Part shown: positions 38,644 through 49,041 of the stretch, piece by piece
Layout of the letters: each line of letters begins with the position of its first letter
How positions within the stretch are numbered: position 1 is the first letter of the stretch
DNA from: Myxococcota bacterium
GTDB lineage: Bacteria > Myxococcota_A > Polyangia > Polyangiales > Houyiibacteriaceae
Length of the DNA: 64,000 nucleotides
NCBI GenBank assembly: GCA_039030515.1
Contig: JBCCEA010000004.1
Coordinates: 32,001-96,000, forward strand
Direction: 5' to 3'
Program-made: the position numbers and the translations under genes
The notes under the pieces: model-generated
The model's input: only the letters and a program-made list of their open reading frames with translations
What the model was told of the DNA's origin: nothing
The model's database searches: none

Positions 38644-41052
38644 ATGCGCAAGTATTTACGGCTCTTCGCCTACCTCACCTACGTATCCGTTACATTCACA
38701 ACTGAGATAGCCCTCGGTTCGCCCTTACCGCTAGAGATGCCGTTGCGCCTGGGTCGGAAAACGACTCCATCTCAGCTAACCATCGAAGAAGACTCAGAAG
38801 GACACGTACGACTAGAGCTCTCGCATGGAAAAAGGCACGTTCAGCGACATCTCGCGATTTCGGCAGGCTCGAATGTTTCGATCGAAACGATTCCCGTAGA
38901 TAGGCGAGCCCGAATCGCAAAGATTCAACTCACTGAGCGTTCGGGGACCACCATGGAGATTTTGGTCACCGTGGATGATGACGGTTTTCCTCAAGTACTC
39001 TGGCACGGCAAAACAAGCTGGTCGGGAGACCCCGGTGAACGCCAAAGACACGAGGTAGAGGTACGCGGCCGAAACGAGGGAGCCGGGCAAGATGTGATCG
39101 TTTGGGAGCATCACGAACGCATCAGGCTTTGCGACGGTTCCTGGAGCGGACTGAGACCGCGGGCGGTGCACGTGCCCTCACTCACCCTGAGGCCGGTGGT
39201 ACGCGCAAGTCGGCACGTCGGTTCAGCGCATCGAGTTTCACAATCGCATGCCCTGCATCCGGTGCGTCGACTGCCGAGACTGAGAGCCATTGCCTCGTCG
39301 TCAGAGTTAGGTCAGCCCTCCGACCCGCTTTTGCGCTCACCACCCACGGCGTTGACCGATGCCGACCCAACTACGTCTTGGACAGAGGCGCAAGGGGGTC
39401 CTGGGCAAGGAGAGTTCGTGACGTTGGAGTGGCGCGCTGGCCCGCTTGATGCGCGGGCGATTCGATTGACTCAACCCGAGCACGAACACCAGGGGCACCT
39501 ACGAGAAGCGATTCTGATCACCGAAGATGGCCTTCTTGGCACGCTTTCCATACCAGAATCTTCCGAGGACCACTGGGCCGTTCTTCCCTCGGGAACAAGA
39601 TTCCGCTGCCTCTCGCTGGTCCTGACCGAAATCGACTACGCAGATCATGTACCTGCAGCTCAGGTGCGCACGAGCATCGCAGAAGTAGAGGTGCTCTCCG
39701 AACTCGAACTCGATGCAGACGCGACAAGCCGGCTCGGGCAGGCACTGATCGAGGACGCCCCGCACGGTCGACAAGCAGCGCAGACCTTACTGGACCTAGA
39801 GGCCGAGGGAATGCGCGAGATTCACCAAGCCTGGACAGAGCTCTCTGCTCCCCAACGATTGAACGTCATTCAACTCCTCGGAGATCGAACGATCGATTCT
39901 GCAGAGGCAAGACAGCTCCTTTCCCGAGCGAGCCGAGACCCAGACCACGCGACGCGCGTTCATGCCAATCGTCAGCTCGCAGTCCTGGGTGCCGCGCAAT
40001 TCCTCGAATCGGTCGCAGCCGGAGGAGGACCCGCAGGTAGGGATGCAATCCTCGCTCTTTGTGATGTAGCTGAGGGTGGCGCTGCACTGCGCTCACTATT
40101 CCGGGAGCCTGATGGTCCGGGCCAGCCGCATTTGAGAAACGCCCTACGCTGCCACGCACGTCGTCACGGACCACCAGATCAGAACGAGCTCACCGACCTT
40201 GGACCATCAGAAAAAACGGCGCTAAGCCTTGTATACGCATCGGTCGAATCCACAAAAACTCTAGCCCAGACCCTATTGGCACAGGCGATCATCCACCTGG
40301 AACGATTCGAAGACCGATATCGAGCAGTTCGAGCTGCTCGACTCCTCCCGCCCCATCCGGTGGTCGATTCGTTTTTACTAGGTGAGATGCAGCAAGAGGA
40401 ATGGATGCAGCGCCGGGAAGCACTCAAAGCCCTATGGCTTCGACAGTCGCCAGGTCTGTCGCCTGCCCTAGCGCGGGCGTTTGAAGATCCATATCCACGA
40501 GTGCGTCTAGAGGCGGTCACCTTACTAAGCGAGTCCGAATTACTGAGCGACTCCAAGGCGCAGGAACGACTGGCGAAACTCGCCGCAAACGATCCGTTTC
40601 CGATAGTGCGCTCGGCAGCCGTCCGCAGACTGAGGCCCATCCATCAAGATTTACTCGAGTCGAGCCTCGACGATCGCTATGGAGAGGTACGACAAGCCGC
40701 GCTGCGGAGGCTCACCGTCCTCAAACGCCGATCTGCCTGGCCTGTCGTCTTGGAGCGACTCGAAGATCGAAGTGAATGGCTATCGAATCGTGTAGCGTCT
40801 ATCGACTACCTCAAAGACACATGCATCTCGGATGCGGCGCCTGCGCTACTTAGGCTGGTGCGTCGCGGCATGCACCCGGAAGCCCAAACGATGGACAGAG
40901 ATTTGGCGGTACGCGCCCTCAACGGCTTGGCCCGTCTGCCCAACACGGATCTCTCAGCGATCCTTCGAGAAGCGCGTGGGGGACCGCATGAGCTAAAGCA
41001 AGCTGCCGAAGCGATTCGTGACGATCTTCCGCCGCGCTGCTCGCTTGATTAA
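38644..41052 (+). CDS. Secreted protein with a discoidin/glycan-binding-like domain and C-terminal HEAT repeats
   Basis: ALTDADPTTSWTE..G.GQGEFVTL..IAEVEV; HEAT-like DPYPRVRLEAV, DPFPIVRSAAV, DRYGEVRQAAL. Confidence 0.75.
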   Translation: MRKYLRLFAYLTYVSVTFTTEIALGSPLPLEMPLRLGRKTTPSQLTIEEDSEGHVRLELSHGKRHVQRHLAISAGSNVSIETIPVDRRARIAKIQLTERSGTTMEILVTVDDDGFPQVLWHGKTSWSGDPGERQRHEVEVRGRNEGAGQDVIVWEHHERIRLCDGSWSGLRPRAVHVPSLTLRPVVRASRHVGSAHRVSQSHALHPVRRLPRLRAIASSSELGQPSDPLLRSPPTALTDADPTTSWTEAQGGPGQGEFVTLEWRAGPLDARAIRLTQPEHEHQGHLREAILITEDGLLGTLSIPESSEDHWAVLPSGTRFRCLSLVLTEIDYADHVPAAQVRTSIAEVEVLSELELDADATSRLGQALIEDAPHGRQAAQTLLDLEAEGMREIHQAWTELSAPQRLNVIQLLGDRTIDSAEARQLLSRASRDPDHATRVHANRQLAVLGAAQFLESVAAGGGPAGRDAILALCDVAEGGAALRSLFREPDGPGQPHLRNALRCHARRHGPPDQNELTDLGPSEKTALSLVYASVESTKTLAQTLLAQAIIHLERFEDRYRAVRAARLLPPHPVVDSFLLGEMQQEEWMQRREALKALWLRQSPGLSPALARAFEDPYPRVRLEAVTLLSESELLSDSKAQERLAKLAANDPFPIVRSAAVRRLRPIHQDLLESSLDDRYGEVRQAALRRLTVLKRRSAWPVVLERLEDRSEWLSNRVASIDYLKDTCISDAAPALLRLVRRGMHPEAQTMDRDLAVRALNGLARLPNTDLSAILREARGGPHELKQAAEAIRDDLPPRCSLD

Positions 41053-41198
41053 ATCCGTCTGCCTCAAGAAACCTGGCTCGTCGCCTCACGAAAACTCGGT
41101 CAGGACGTTCGGTGGCCTCGTGGGCGAACGAAGCAAACGGATTGAGACCATCAAAAGCAACATGATAATCTGCCGCAAGTTGACGAAAGAACTCCTGC

Positions 41199-41918
41199 AT
41201 GAGTAACCCATTTCCACGCGCCAGGTCTTTGTCTTGGGCGTCGTTGCAAAAACCGGCTTTGGCTCGACCAGGTTTCAAGAACTCCGTTTGGCTGAAACAT
41301 TTCGCTTTATGCGGGACTTCCATACTTTGGCTGGCGGCAGCCGGACTTACCGGATGCGCCGAGCAACCGGCAAGCGATCTGCAGATCACCCGCCTACCGG
41401 AAGTACACCCCGACCTACCGGCAGTTCCCGAGCTACCCGAAGCGCCATACCCCATAAGACATCCAGACCGCAGCTACACGCTCTATGGTCTTCGCAGCAA
41501 GATTCGGCAGACCATCGATACGTCGGTCACCGTCACGGCATACATCCACGAGATCTACGAGCCTCCCGAATGCGAAGAAGACGAAACCTGCCCCAGACCC
41601 ACAGCCCCCCACATATGGATCGCCGACAGCCCGAACGAAACCGACAAACGCAAGAGACTTACCGTGGTCGGATACGCGCCAAATCACGAAAAACTGGAGC
41701 AAGCCAACCGTCTCGCAAAAAGACGAGGCCGACCACGTGCGGCGCGCAACGGCGCCGTTCCCATACCGACCGACTTCGAGGTTGGAAATCGAGTGAAGCT
41801 AAGCGGCCGCTTCGTTCGGGTGTCCGACGGGGGATTCAACTCCAGTGAAGGCCTCATCGAGTACGCCGGACACGAAACGCTGACCACCGATGCCGACGCG
41901 AAGCATGCTTCGCCCTAG
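41199..41918 (+). CDS. Hypothetical lipoprotein (possible OB-fold); start may be downstream
   Basis: Lipobox LTGC; VTVTAYIHEIY, CxxxxxC, VGNRVKLSGRF. Confidence 0.7.
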   Translation: MSNPFPRARSLSWASLQKPALARPGFKNSVWLKHFALCGTSILWLAAAGLTGCAEQPASDLQITRLPEVHPDLPAVPELPEAPYPIRHPDRSYTLYGLRSKIRQTIDTSVTVTAYIHEIYEPPECEEDETCPRPTAPHIWIADSPNETDKRKRLTVVGYAPNHEKLEQANRLAKRRGRPRAARNGAVPIPTDFEVGNRVKLSGRFVRVSDGGFNSSEGLIEYAGHETLTTDADAKHASP

Positions 41919-41935
41919 GACTCGACGTACTGCAG

Positions 41936-41980
41936 AGCACCCCGAGTCACTTCAAAGCACCCCGAGTCACTTCAAAGCAC
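41936..41980. repeat. 20-bp tandem duplication AGCACCCCGAGTCACTTCAA (2.25 copies) spanning the DUF4340 gene stop codon
   Basis: Copies at 41936-41955 and 41956-41975, plus a partial copy. Confidence 0.9.
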
Positions 41981-44260
41981 TGGGCGAAACAAAGCGTCGA
42001 GGTCCTTCGCCGGCACCAGGTAGGTCGGTAGAGGGTTGTGGGCCGATGGTGAAGTGACGGGTGCATGACGTCGAAGCTTGTGTAGTGTCACACGGCGCAT
42101 CCGTTCGGGACCTGAGGAGGATCCCTGCCGCTCATCCGAAAGGCGCCGGTTTGCAGACGGGGATTCATCCGAAAAAGGTCCGAAATCGCTGAGGACAACT
42201 GTCGATCCGGAGTTGACTGGCGCCTCGTCTGTCGCGTCAAAAGCCGCCGAACGGGATGCAAGCCCTAGCGTCAACATGCGCAGCGGAGTCCCCTCTGGGA
42301 CGCCATATCCGAGCAGGCGACTCGCGCTGAGGGAGGTCAGGTGCCGCAGAAAAGGTTGAACTCGAGCGAGCGAAACAACCACATCTCGCTCGTCGACAAA
42401 TTCGGTCTCTCTTCGCCGAAAAGAGATCTTTCGACCGTCCAACTCAAACAGAATGCGCTCGAGTTCCTCGACCTCGAGTTCAAACATGCGGCGCGTTGCG
42501 AGCGGTGCATTGAGTATCGAGAATAGTCTTGCGGAGGCGAGAAATACGGGAGACTCGTCCAGACGCCCCAAAACCTCTCCATCTTCCTTCTTGAGCAGGA
42601 GTCGATACTCCGAGGAAACGCCTTCCTGCTCCAGGGTCAGCAATACCGCGATGGCGCTCGGGTCCGCCTCCCACCGCCCCGGACGAAACTCAAGCGCGGT
42701 CAGCCCGCCGAGCAGCGACAAGAGCTCTCGAATCCCCTCCACATCGGCGTCCATTTCGACCGGCTGAGACAGTCGAAAACCAGTTGGAGAGACACGCTCC
42801 GCAACCTCTCGAATCCCGCGCCGGTCGATCTGGAGGGCTTGAATCGCGCTCGGAGCCACGTTGAGTAGTCTTCGCGGTCGAAAATGAAGGTCGGTCGCAC
42901 GCAGAAGTTCGGCCTGCTTTTCGGAGAGCAGAACCCTCCGATCTTCACCTGCACGATGCGCCGTCCATGTGCCCACAGAAGATCGAACGACGCGAAGCTG
43001 CTCCTCGCGACCGGTGCGGGACCGCAGCTGAAGTTGAGAAAAAGAGGACTCCGTAGCGCCCGCTCCCTGAGACGCATCACCAAGGGGCATCTGTTCAGCC
43101 CACTCAGAAGCACGAAGCTCGGCAAGCCAGCGTTCGACGGCTGCACCATCGATATCTCCGACCCCACCGGCCTCACTCCAGCGCCATCGATCTCGCTCGC
43201 CTCGCTCGGCAACGAGTTCTTCATTCCCGGGGGACGTCCAACGAACCTCGGCAAGCTCCGGATAGTCGAGCGTCACGAGGCGCTTCTCGAGCAATTCCTG
43301 CAAGGTCGGCAAGAGTCCTTCGATCTCGGATGACGCCACGCAGTACGCACGGCCCGGGTCCACTCGGAGGTAGCGCTGCCCCTCATGCCCGTCGCACGGT
43401 CCATCGATCGCGGTGGTGTCGGTGGCCGGGTCGCCGATGAATAGAGCGACTCGGATGTCTTCTTCCCGCTGACGTGGAATGTGCAGCTGAATCTGCTTCG
43501 AGGGGACGGGTGCCGCAGGGCCCTCCGCCGCAAAGCTGGTCGCCTTTAGGTCTTGAAATGCGTCGATAAGGCGAGTCATACGAGATGCCCCGGCAAGGGC
43601 GCGCTCTGGAGTGGTGATCCAAAAGCGATCCTTTTCTCTGTGCACCTCGATTCGCCGCCTGTCCTCAACCCAGGCGATCTCGTCGGCCTCAGCTATCGGA
43701 ACGGAGCGCAACACATGCTTGTCACGATAGTGGTCTGCGTTTTTTTCTAAGATTTCCAGAAGATCTCGGCCGACTACGTACACCTTGTCTGCCGCCTCGG
43801 CTGCAAGGTAGACGCCCTCTTCTCTCGGATCGTCTGCCCCTATCCGTAGGCGATAGGACCTGCCGCCGACCGTGTAGATCGCCTCGGCTCGGGGCTCCTG
43901 CAGCCCGAAGGTCATCAGATCGCTCGGCTCGATATGCTCCAGTTTTCGACGGGCCGTGGCCCACTCAAGAGCCGACATCAGGGATGCCACCGAGTCGGCG
44001 TCCGCCACTTCCTGAACGGGAGCGAGAATGCGCCAAGCGCGCCACTGACCGTCTTCACCTCGCTGTCGGCCGAGCAACGTGGTTTCCCCTCCATGCTTGA
44101 GCTCGATCGACTCCAACCGGTCGCGAATAAAGCTATCGAGCACACTCCCGCGTCGCGATTCTCGCTCTGCAGGAGACACAAGGTGACGCTCGTAGAGAAA
44201 AATAAACGCCGCGAAAGCGCCCGCGATGAGACCCAGGGCCACTGCTGCACGCTTGGTCAT
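41972..44260 (-). CDS. DUF4340-domain membrane-anchored protein (multiple domain copies)
   Basis: N-terminal TM; W.I.AP....AD...V..L..L, FGLQEP, LRIGA...GVY patterns recur; ATGA-coupled to the GldF/G gene. Confidence 0.8.
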   Translation of the reverse strand: MTKRAAVALGLIAGAFAAFIFLYERHLVSPAERESRRGSVLDSFIRDRLESIELKHGGETTLLGRQRGEDGQWRAWRILAPVQEVADADSVASLMSALEWATARRKLEHIEPSDLMTFGLQEPRAEAIYTVGGRSYRLRIGADDPREEGVYLAAEAADKVYVVGRDLLEILEKNADHYRDKHVLRSVPIAEADEIAWVEDRRRIEVHREKDRFWITTPERALAGASRMTRLIDAFQDLKATSFAAEGPAAPVPSKQIQLHIPRQREEDIRVALFIGDPATDTTAIDGPCDGHEGQRYLRVDPGRAYCVASSEIEGLLPTLQELLEKRLVTLDYPELAEVRWTSPGNEELVAERGERDRWRWSEAGGVGDIDGAAVERWLAELRASEWAEQMPLGDASQGAGATESSFSQLQLRSRTGREEQLRVVRSSVGTWTAHRAGEDRRVLLSEKQAELLRATDLHFRPRRLLNVAPSAIQALQIDRRGIREVAERVSPTGFRLSQPVEMDADVEGIRELLSLLGGLTALEFRPGRWEADPSAIAVLLTLEQEGVSSEYRLLLKKEDGEVLGRLDESPVFLASARLFSILNAPLATRRMFELEVEELERILFELDGRKISFRRRETEFVDERDVVVSLARVQPFLRHLTSLSASRLLGYGVPEGTPLRMLTLGLASRSAAFDATDEAPVNSGSTVVLSDFGPFSDESPSANRRLSDERQGSSSGPERMRRVTLHKLRRHAPVTSPSAHNPLPTYLVPAKDLDALFRPVL

Positions 44261-46662
44261 GCCCTTCGCTGCCACCAAACGGCAAACCCCATGAGGATCA
44301 CCGCGGCCGGAATCAACACCAACACCCTGAAAAACAAGCCGTTCATGTCGGACTCCGTCATGATGAAATCCGTGGCGTTCACCTGACGCGGCGGAATCGA
44401 AATGAGCGCCTCACGCTCGGTCAGCCACCCGACGGCCGCGCTTGCAAAAAAGGCATTCACCGCTTCACCGATCTGAAGTTGGTCGCGCGCCAACCAAGCG
44501 CTACTTCCCACGACGACCAACCGGCCACCCTGAAGTGGAGGCGAACCCGGCTCGGAGTCCTCAAGTGAATTAGAGTCCTCAAGTGAATTGGAGTCCTCGC
44601 GTGAATTGAAGTCCTCGAGCCCCTTAGCATCTTCGAGTGAATTGGAATCCTCGGGCGCCGTCGAGCGCTCCGAATCGGTCGTCGCAGCTCGCGTCACTGA
44701 GGACGTTTGAGTGGCTGTCGCGGTGGTCTGAAGGGTCACCTGTTTCGCAACCGCGAGCACAACCGGCCCCGGCACGTCTTCGGGCGCAGCAGCCGGCGCA
44801 GCAGCCTCAGTTAGACTTGCCAAGCGCACCTCGCCGTAGCTCTGCTCGCTGGCCCTCAGCAGTGGCTGGACTCCAGAGCCTTCAACGATCTCAAGAGGTC
44901 TTGCAAACCGCAGGATCATCGGCATGTGCACCTGCTGACTCGCAGCCAGATGAAGCGGAGCGGTGAGCGGATGATCGCCCCAGTCACTGACCAGAAAAGC
45001 ATCCACCGGGCTGGGGGTCAGGAGCTTACTCGGATCGAGCTCAACCACGAGCGCGCTCGGCAGGCGGATGCCTTGCGCTTCTAAAAAACCTTCAAGCCCC
45101 GTCGGTTGCACCTGCTCGGACTCGATGACCGGGGCAAGGGCGACAAGCATGCTTCCGCCCTTGTCGAGATAGGCCTGAAGTCGGTCTCCTTCAGGCCCCG
45201 AGAACTCGAGCTGCGGACCCACGATCGCGACGGCGTCACAATCTTCGGGAATCTCCGCCTGCCCCTGAAACGCGATCGAATCCAGCGCGATATTGTCTCG
45301 ACGCAGCTCCTCTTTCAGTGCCTGGAGACTCCGAGGGACCTCTCCATCGAGCGTCCACTCTCCGTGCCCCGAGGTCACACACAATCGGGTCGCCTCACCT
45401 TGAGTGACCTGCAGCACTGCCTCGGTGAGCGCCCGCTCTGCGTGTACGTCGACTTTCGGCTGTCCTGAGCCCAGCGAGCGGTAGTCCTGCTCGATCAGGT
45501 CGTCGTAGTCCACGTGCCAAGTACGGTCGTTTGACTCCAATACGACCGCCACGTCGGCCCGCCGAGCGCCAGTGCTGTCGAGTAGAATCCGAACGCCGAG
45601 ACGATCGAGCAACAAACGATACTCGCCTGGCGAGCGCTCTGGATCGACTTCCTGAAACACAAAACTATCGGTCGTCGCTCGATAGCGCTCGATCAGCTCG
45701 CGAAGGTCACCGTAGTTCGGCTCAGACGGCGACATAAACAAGTAGGCGTGGACGGGTGCCTCGAGTTCGCGAAGCACCTGCTCCGTGCGATCGGAGAGCG
45801 TGTATCTCCCCTCTGAGGTCCAGTCCCAACGTTCAAAATGACGAAAGGAGAGATAATTCACCATGAGGAAGAGACACAAAGCGAAACCCTGCCCGAGCGC
45901 CAACCAGACGCGACTTCGCTCTTGCGTAGACTGTGAACGCAAACTGCCGACGACCTGTGAAGTCAGAAACAGAGCGAGCAATGAGAGGCTTAGCGAGTAG
46001 ATAAGGGGGCGACTGTCGACGATTCCTTTCGAAAATCCCTCCATGTGGGACCAAACGCTGAGGTAGCTAAACAACTCCTTGGAATCGCTCGCCACAAACT
46101 CGAACAGCCCAGCCGAAAAGAGCAAGCCCAGCATCAGAAACGTGAGCACCGCGGCCACGATCTGGTTCGGCGACACGGCGCTCATCAGTAGTCCCAACGC
46201 CATGTAGTACGTCCCCATCAAAAAGATGCCGAAGTACGAGGCAGCGATGGTTCCCGGGTCGATATGGCCAAAATTTGAGGTGATGACGACGTAAAGGCCC
46301 GTGGGCAACCACATCGCGATCCAAATCAGAAGCGCCGCGAGATACTTACCGTGCACCACCGCGTGATGGGAAATCGGTGCCGTAAGCAGTGGCTCGATGG
46401 TGCCGCTGCGTCTCTCTTCCGCAAGCAATCTCATGGTGATGATCGGGACAAACACCAGCGGAGCGAGATAAAACAGGATGGTTCGGCCGAAAAAGACGGT
46501 AAGCGGGTTGTCCGAGCCTCCCATAGAACTTCGCGCCCAGCTGCCGAGCAGACAAAAGTCCAAGCCGCGGAGAATCACCCAAACGGTCAGTACAATCCAA
46601 GCGATCGGCGAAACGAAAAATGCGTGCAAGTCACGCCGCGCAACAGTCCAAAAAGCGTTCAT
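44257..46662 (-). CDS. Fused ABC-2 permease (GldF-like) and GldG-like periplasmic domain
   Basis: FFVSPIAW, TMRLLAEERRSGTIEPLLTAP, RWDWTSEGRYTLS, TSGHGE, GRLVVVGS, WLTEREALISI, C-terminal TM. Confidence 0.88.
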   Translation of the reverse strand: MNAFWTVARRDLHAFFVSPIAWIVLTVWVILRGLDFCLLGSWARSSMGGSDNPLTVFFGRTILFYLAPLVFVPIITMRLLAEERRSGTIEPLLTAPISHHAVVHGKYLAALLIWIAMWLPTGLYVVITSNFGHIDPGTIAASYFGIFLMGTYYMALGLLMSAVSPNQIVAAVLTFLMLGLLFSAGLFEFVASDSKELFSYLSVWSHMEGFSKGIVDSRPLIYSLSLSLLALFLTSQVVGSLRSQSTQERSRVWLALGQGFALCLFLMVNYLSFRHFERWDWTSEGRYTLSDRTEQVLRELEAPVHAYLFMSPSEPNYGDLRELIERYRATTDSFVFQEVDPERSPGEYRLLLDRLGVRILLDSTGARRADVAVVLESNDRTWHVDYDDLIEQDYRSLGSGQPKVDVHAERALTEAVLQVTQGEATRLCVTSGHGEWTLDGEVPRSLQALKEELRRDNIALDSIAFQGQAEIPEDCDAVAIVGPQLEFSGPEGDRLQAYLDKGGSMLVALAPVIESEQVQPTGLEGFLEAQGIRLPSALVVELDPSKLLTPSPVDAFLVSDWGDHPLTAPLHLAASQQVHMPMILRFARPLEIVEGSGVQPLLRASEQSYGEVRLASLTEAAAPAAAPEDVPGPVVLAVAKQVTLQTTATATQTSSVTRAATTDSERSTAPEDSNSLEDAKGLEDFNSREDSNSLEDSNSLEDSEPGSPPLQGGRLVVVGSSAWLARDQLQIGEAVNAFFASAAVGWLTEREALISIPPRQVNATDFIMTESDMNGLFFRVLVLIPAAVILMGFAVWWQRRA
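44555..44653 (-). repeat. 18-bp coding tandem repeat (EDSNSL, about 5.5 copies) inside the GldG-like domain
   Basis: GAGTCCTCAAGTGAATT(A/G) twice, then diverging copies. Confidence 0.9.
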
Positions 46663-47705
46663 CGATCGAGTTCCTCAGAGCGTGCTTCGACCTCGGAATC
46701 ATCGAGCCGCGCCTGCGCGGCGGCCTCCGATCGAGGTGAATGACGCTTGGCCGAATCTTCGGTAGTCAGCGAGCGAAAAACCTCCTCGAGTGAGGTGGAT
46801 TCACGTCTGAGCTCACGCAGGGTGAGTCCGGCATCTGCCACCGCAGAGAACACCCGCTCGGTGAGCGTCGCGTCTCCTTCGGCGAGAATCTCCAGTCGAA
46901 CGGTGGCGCCGTCCCGATCTGCAGGCGCATCCGTTGACTCCGACTCCTCAGAAACAGACTGCACACCATCCACCGACGCGATCACATCCCGCAAACGACC
47001 CGCGTCGCTGCGGCCTACCGCCACCACGTTTAAGGAGCCTTTCGAGGTACGCAGCGTATTCGGCTTGCCTTCACCGACTACCTGACCCTTGTGAATAATG
47101 ATGACGCGTTCGCAAACAGCCTCTACCTCAGGCAGGATGTGCGTAGAAAGCAGTATCGTTTTCTGACCGGCAAAGCCCTGAATCAAACTGCGGACGTGGC
47201 GTATCTGATTGGGGTCGAGACCTGAAGAGGGTTCATCGAGAATCAACAAGGGAGGATCAGAAAGCAGCGCGTCAGCAAGGCCGATCCGTTGACGGTATCC
47301 TTTAGAAAGCTGACCGATGATGCGTTCGCGAACGTCGACAAGCTCTGCTTGAGCGAGCGAGCGTTCCACGGCCTCCGCCCTTGTCGACTTAGAAACGCCC
47401 TTTAGTTTCGCGCGGTAAAGGAGGTATTCCGCAATCCGCATCTCGAAATAGAGCGGCACCCCCTCGGACATATATCCGATGAGCCGACGTGCGCCGATCG
47501 GATCCTCAAGGGCGTCCACCTCACCGATGCGGATCTTGCCCGAGGTAGGCCTGAGATAACCGGTCAGCATGCGAAGCGTCGTCGTCTTGCCGGCTCCGTT
47601 CGGCCCCAGGAAACCGACGATCTCTCCTGGATCCACACGAAATGTCGCATCGCGAACCGCCACGCGATCCCCGTAGTGCTTGGTCAGTCCCTCGACCTCG
47701 ATCAC
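46659..47705 (-). CDS. ABC transporter ATP-binding protein (GldA-like)
   Basis: GPNGAGKTT, LSKGYRQRIG, ILDEP, STH; GTG 47705 with GGAGG SD. Confidence 0.93.
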   Translation of the reverse strand: MIEVEGLTKHYGDRVAVRDATFRVDPGEIVGFLGPNGAGKTTTLRMLTGYLRPTSGKIRIGEVDALEDPIGARRLIGYMSEGVPLYFEMRIAEYLLYRAKLKGVSKSTRAEAVERSLAQAELVDVRERIIGQLSKGYRQRIGLADALLSDPPLLILDEPSSGLDPNQIRHVRSLIQGFAGQKTILLSTHILPEVEAVCERVIIIHKGQVVGEGKPNTLRTSKGSLNVVAVGRSDAGRLRDVIASVDGVQSVSEESESTDAPADRDGATVRLEILAEGDATLTERVFSAVADAGLTLRELRRESTSLEEVFRSLTTEDSAKRHSPRSEAAAQARLDDSEVEARSEELDR

Positions 47706-47875
47706 GCCGCCTCCACACGCTAGGCGCGGGTCGTACCCTGAGGCCGTGTCCACTGCAACGTTGGCGTTTCATCCTGCCGCGCCACCGAAGAGTCCTGCGG
47801 GAGCTCCTCGGGGCGAGGCTTATACACCTCGCCGCAATTTTGGAAGCGCACGGTCACGACGCGTAAGCTTATGGG

Positions 47876-49012
47876 GTGCTTAGTGCGCCACGTGCTTCCA
47901 AGCTCGCAGCCCGCGGGATCCTGTGCATAGGGTCCTTAGCGTTGGGTGCCGCAGTGGCAGAGCGCACTCGGAACACCGGACATGCGGGAGTGATCCATGC
48001 CGCAGTGGAACGCTCGCAAACCCTCGAGCAAGACGCGCCGCCGACTCCGCTTCCGTCGCTTGCGCAGTCGTCTACCGGCGAAGGTCGCCCTCCCCCGGTG
48101 CTGCCTGGCGATCCAGTGCGGCTGCCAGTCGGGCTCCCCGAACAAATCGCAGATCGCGCGTCGGATGGACCCACCGGACGTCCCTTTCGTGGCGGTCTCA
48201 GGGTCACCGGAGCCACTTCACGGCGACTCCTCCTTTTTACCTTCGACGATGGACCCCATCGGGAGCACACGAAGCGGCTCCTCGATATCCTCGATGAGCG
48301 TGACGTAAAGGCAGTATTTTTTCTGAACGGCGAGCGCATCCTCGGCGAAAACCGCCGGCAGCGCGCACAGGTCGAAGTGGCCCGAGAAACGATTCGCCGC
48401 GGGCACATCGTGGGGAACCACACCGTGCACCATCCGCAACTCCCTCTTCTCAACAACCTAGAAGTCGCTGCCGAAATCGATAGCGCCGCCGACATCATCA
48501 AGCGGCTTACGGGTGAGCGTCCGTGGCTTCTCAGACCTCCGGGGGGTGCAAGAAGTCCGAGGGTAGACGAGCTCATCGGAGTCCGTGGCTATACGATTTT
48601 CGAATGGAACCTCGGCGCTGGTGACTTTCAGGTCGACACCCCACAGGCTGTCGTCGACATATGGGTTCGCGTCTTCGAGCGGCGCCAGCGTGAGCTGGGA
48701 CACCGAGGGGGCATCATCCTGCTCCACGATACCCACGCGTGGAGTGTCGACGCAGTACCCATGCTTTTCGATAAGATCGACGAGTGGAACTGCGAAGCAC
48801 TCGCACTCGGTGAGGAGCTCTACGATATCGTAGACAGCCCTCGGTATTTTTTCTTTCCTCGTGAAAAAGAAGCCTACGGGAGCGCCGCGCCACCCGCGCA
48901 AATGGAACCGGAAGTGCACGCATATCGCCAGCAGAACCTGCGAGACCACTACCATGGGTTCTGCGAACCTCCTCCCGGACCGCCCGATCTCGATGAATCG
49001 CAAGCTGATTGA
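47876..49012 (+). CDS. Polysaccharide deacetylase (CE4/NodB)
   Basis: TFDDGP, GNHTVHH, RPPGG, ILLHD; N-terminal hydrophobic anchor. Confidence 0.9.
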   Translation: MLSAPRASKLAARGILCIGSLALGAAVAERTRNTGHAGVIHAAVERSQTLEQDAPPTPLPSLAQSSTGEGRPPPVLPGDPVRLPVGLPEQIADRASDGPTGRPFRGGLRVTGATSRRLLLFTFDDGPHREHTKRLLDILDERDVKAVFFLNGERILGENRRQRAQVEVARETIRRGHIVGNHTVHHPQLPLLNNLEVAAEIDSAADIIKRLTGERPWLLRPPGGARSPRVDELIGVRGYTIFEWNLGAGDFQVDTPQAVVDIWVRVFERRQRELGHRGGIILLHDTHAWSVDAVPMLFDKIDEWNCEALALGEELYDIVDSPRYFFFPREKEAYGSAAPPAQMEPEVHAYRQQNLRDHYHGFCEPPPGPPDLDESQAD

Positions 49013-49041
49013 GAACCAGGTCGCCTAGACGCGGGCCCGCT

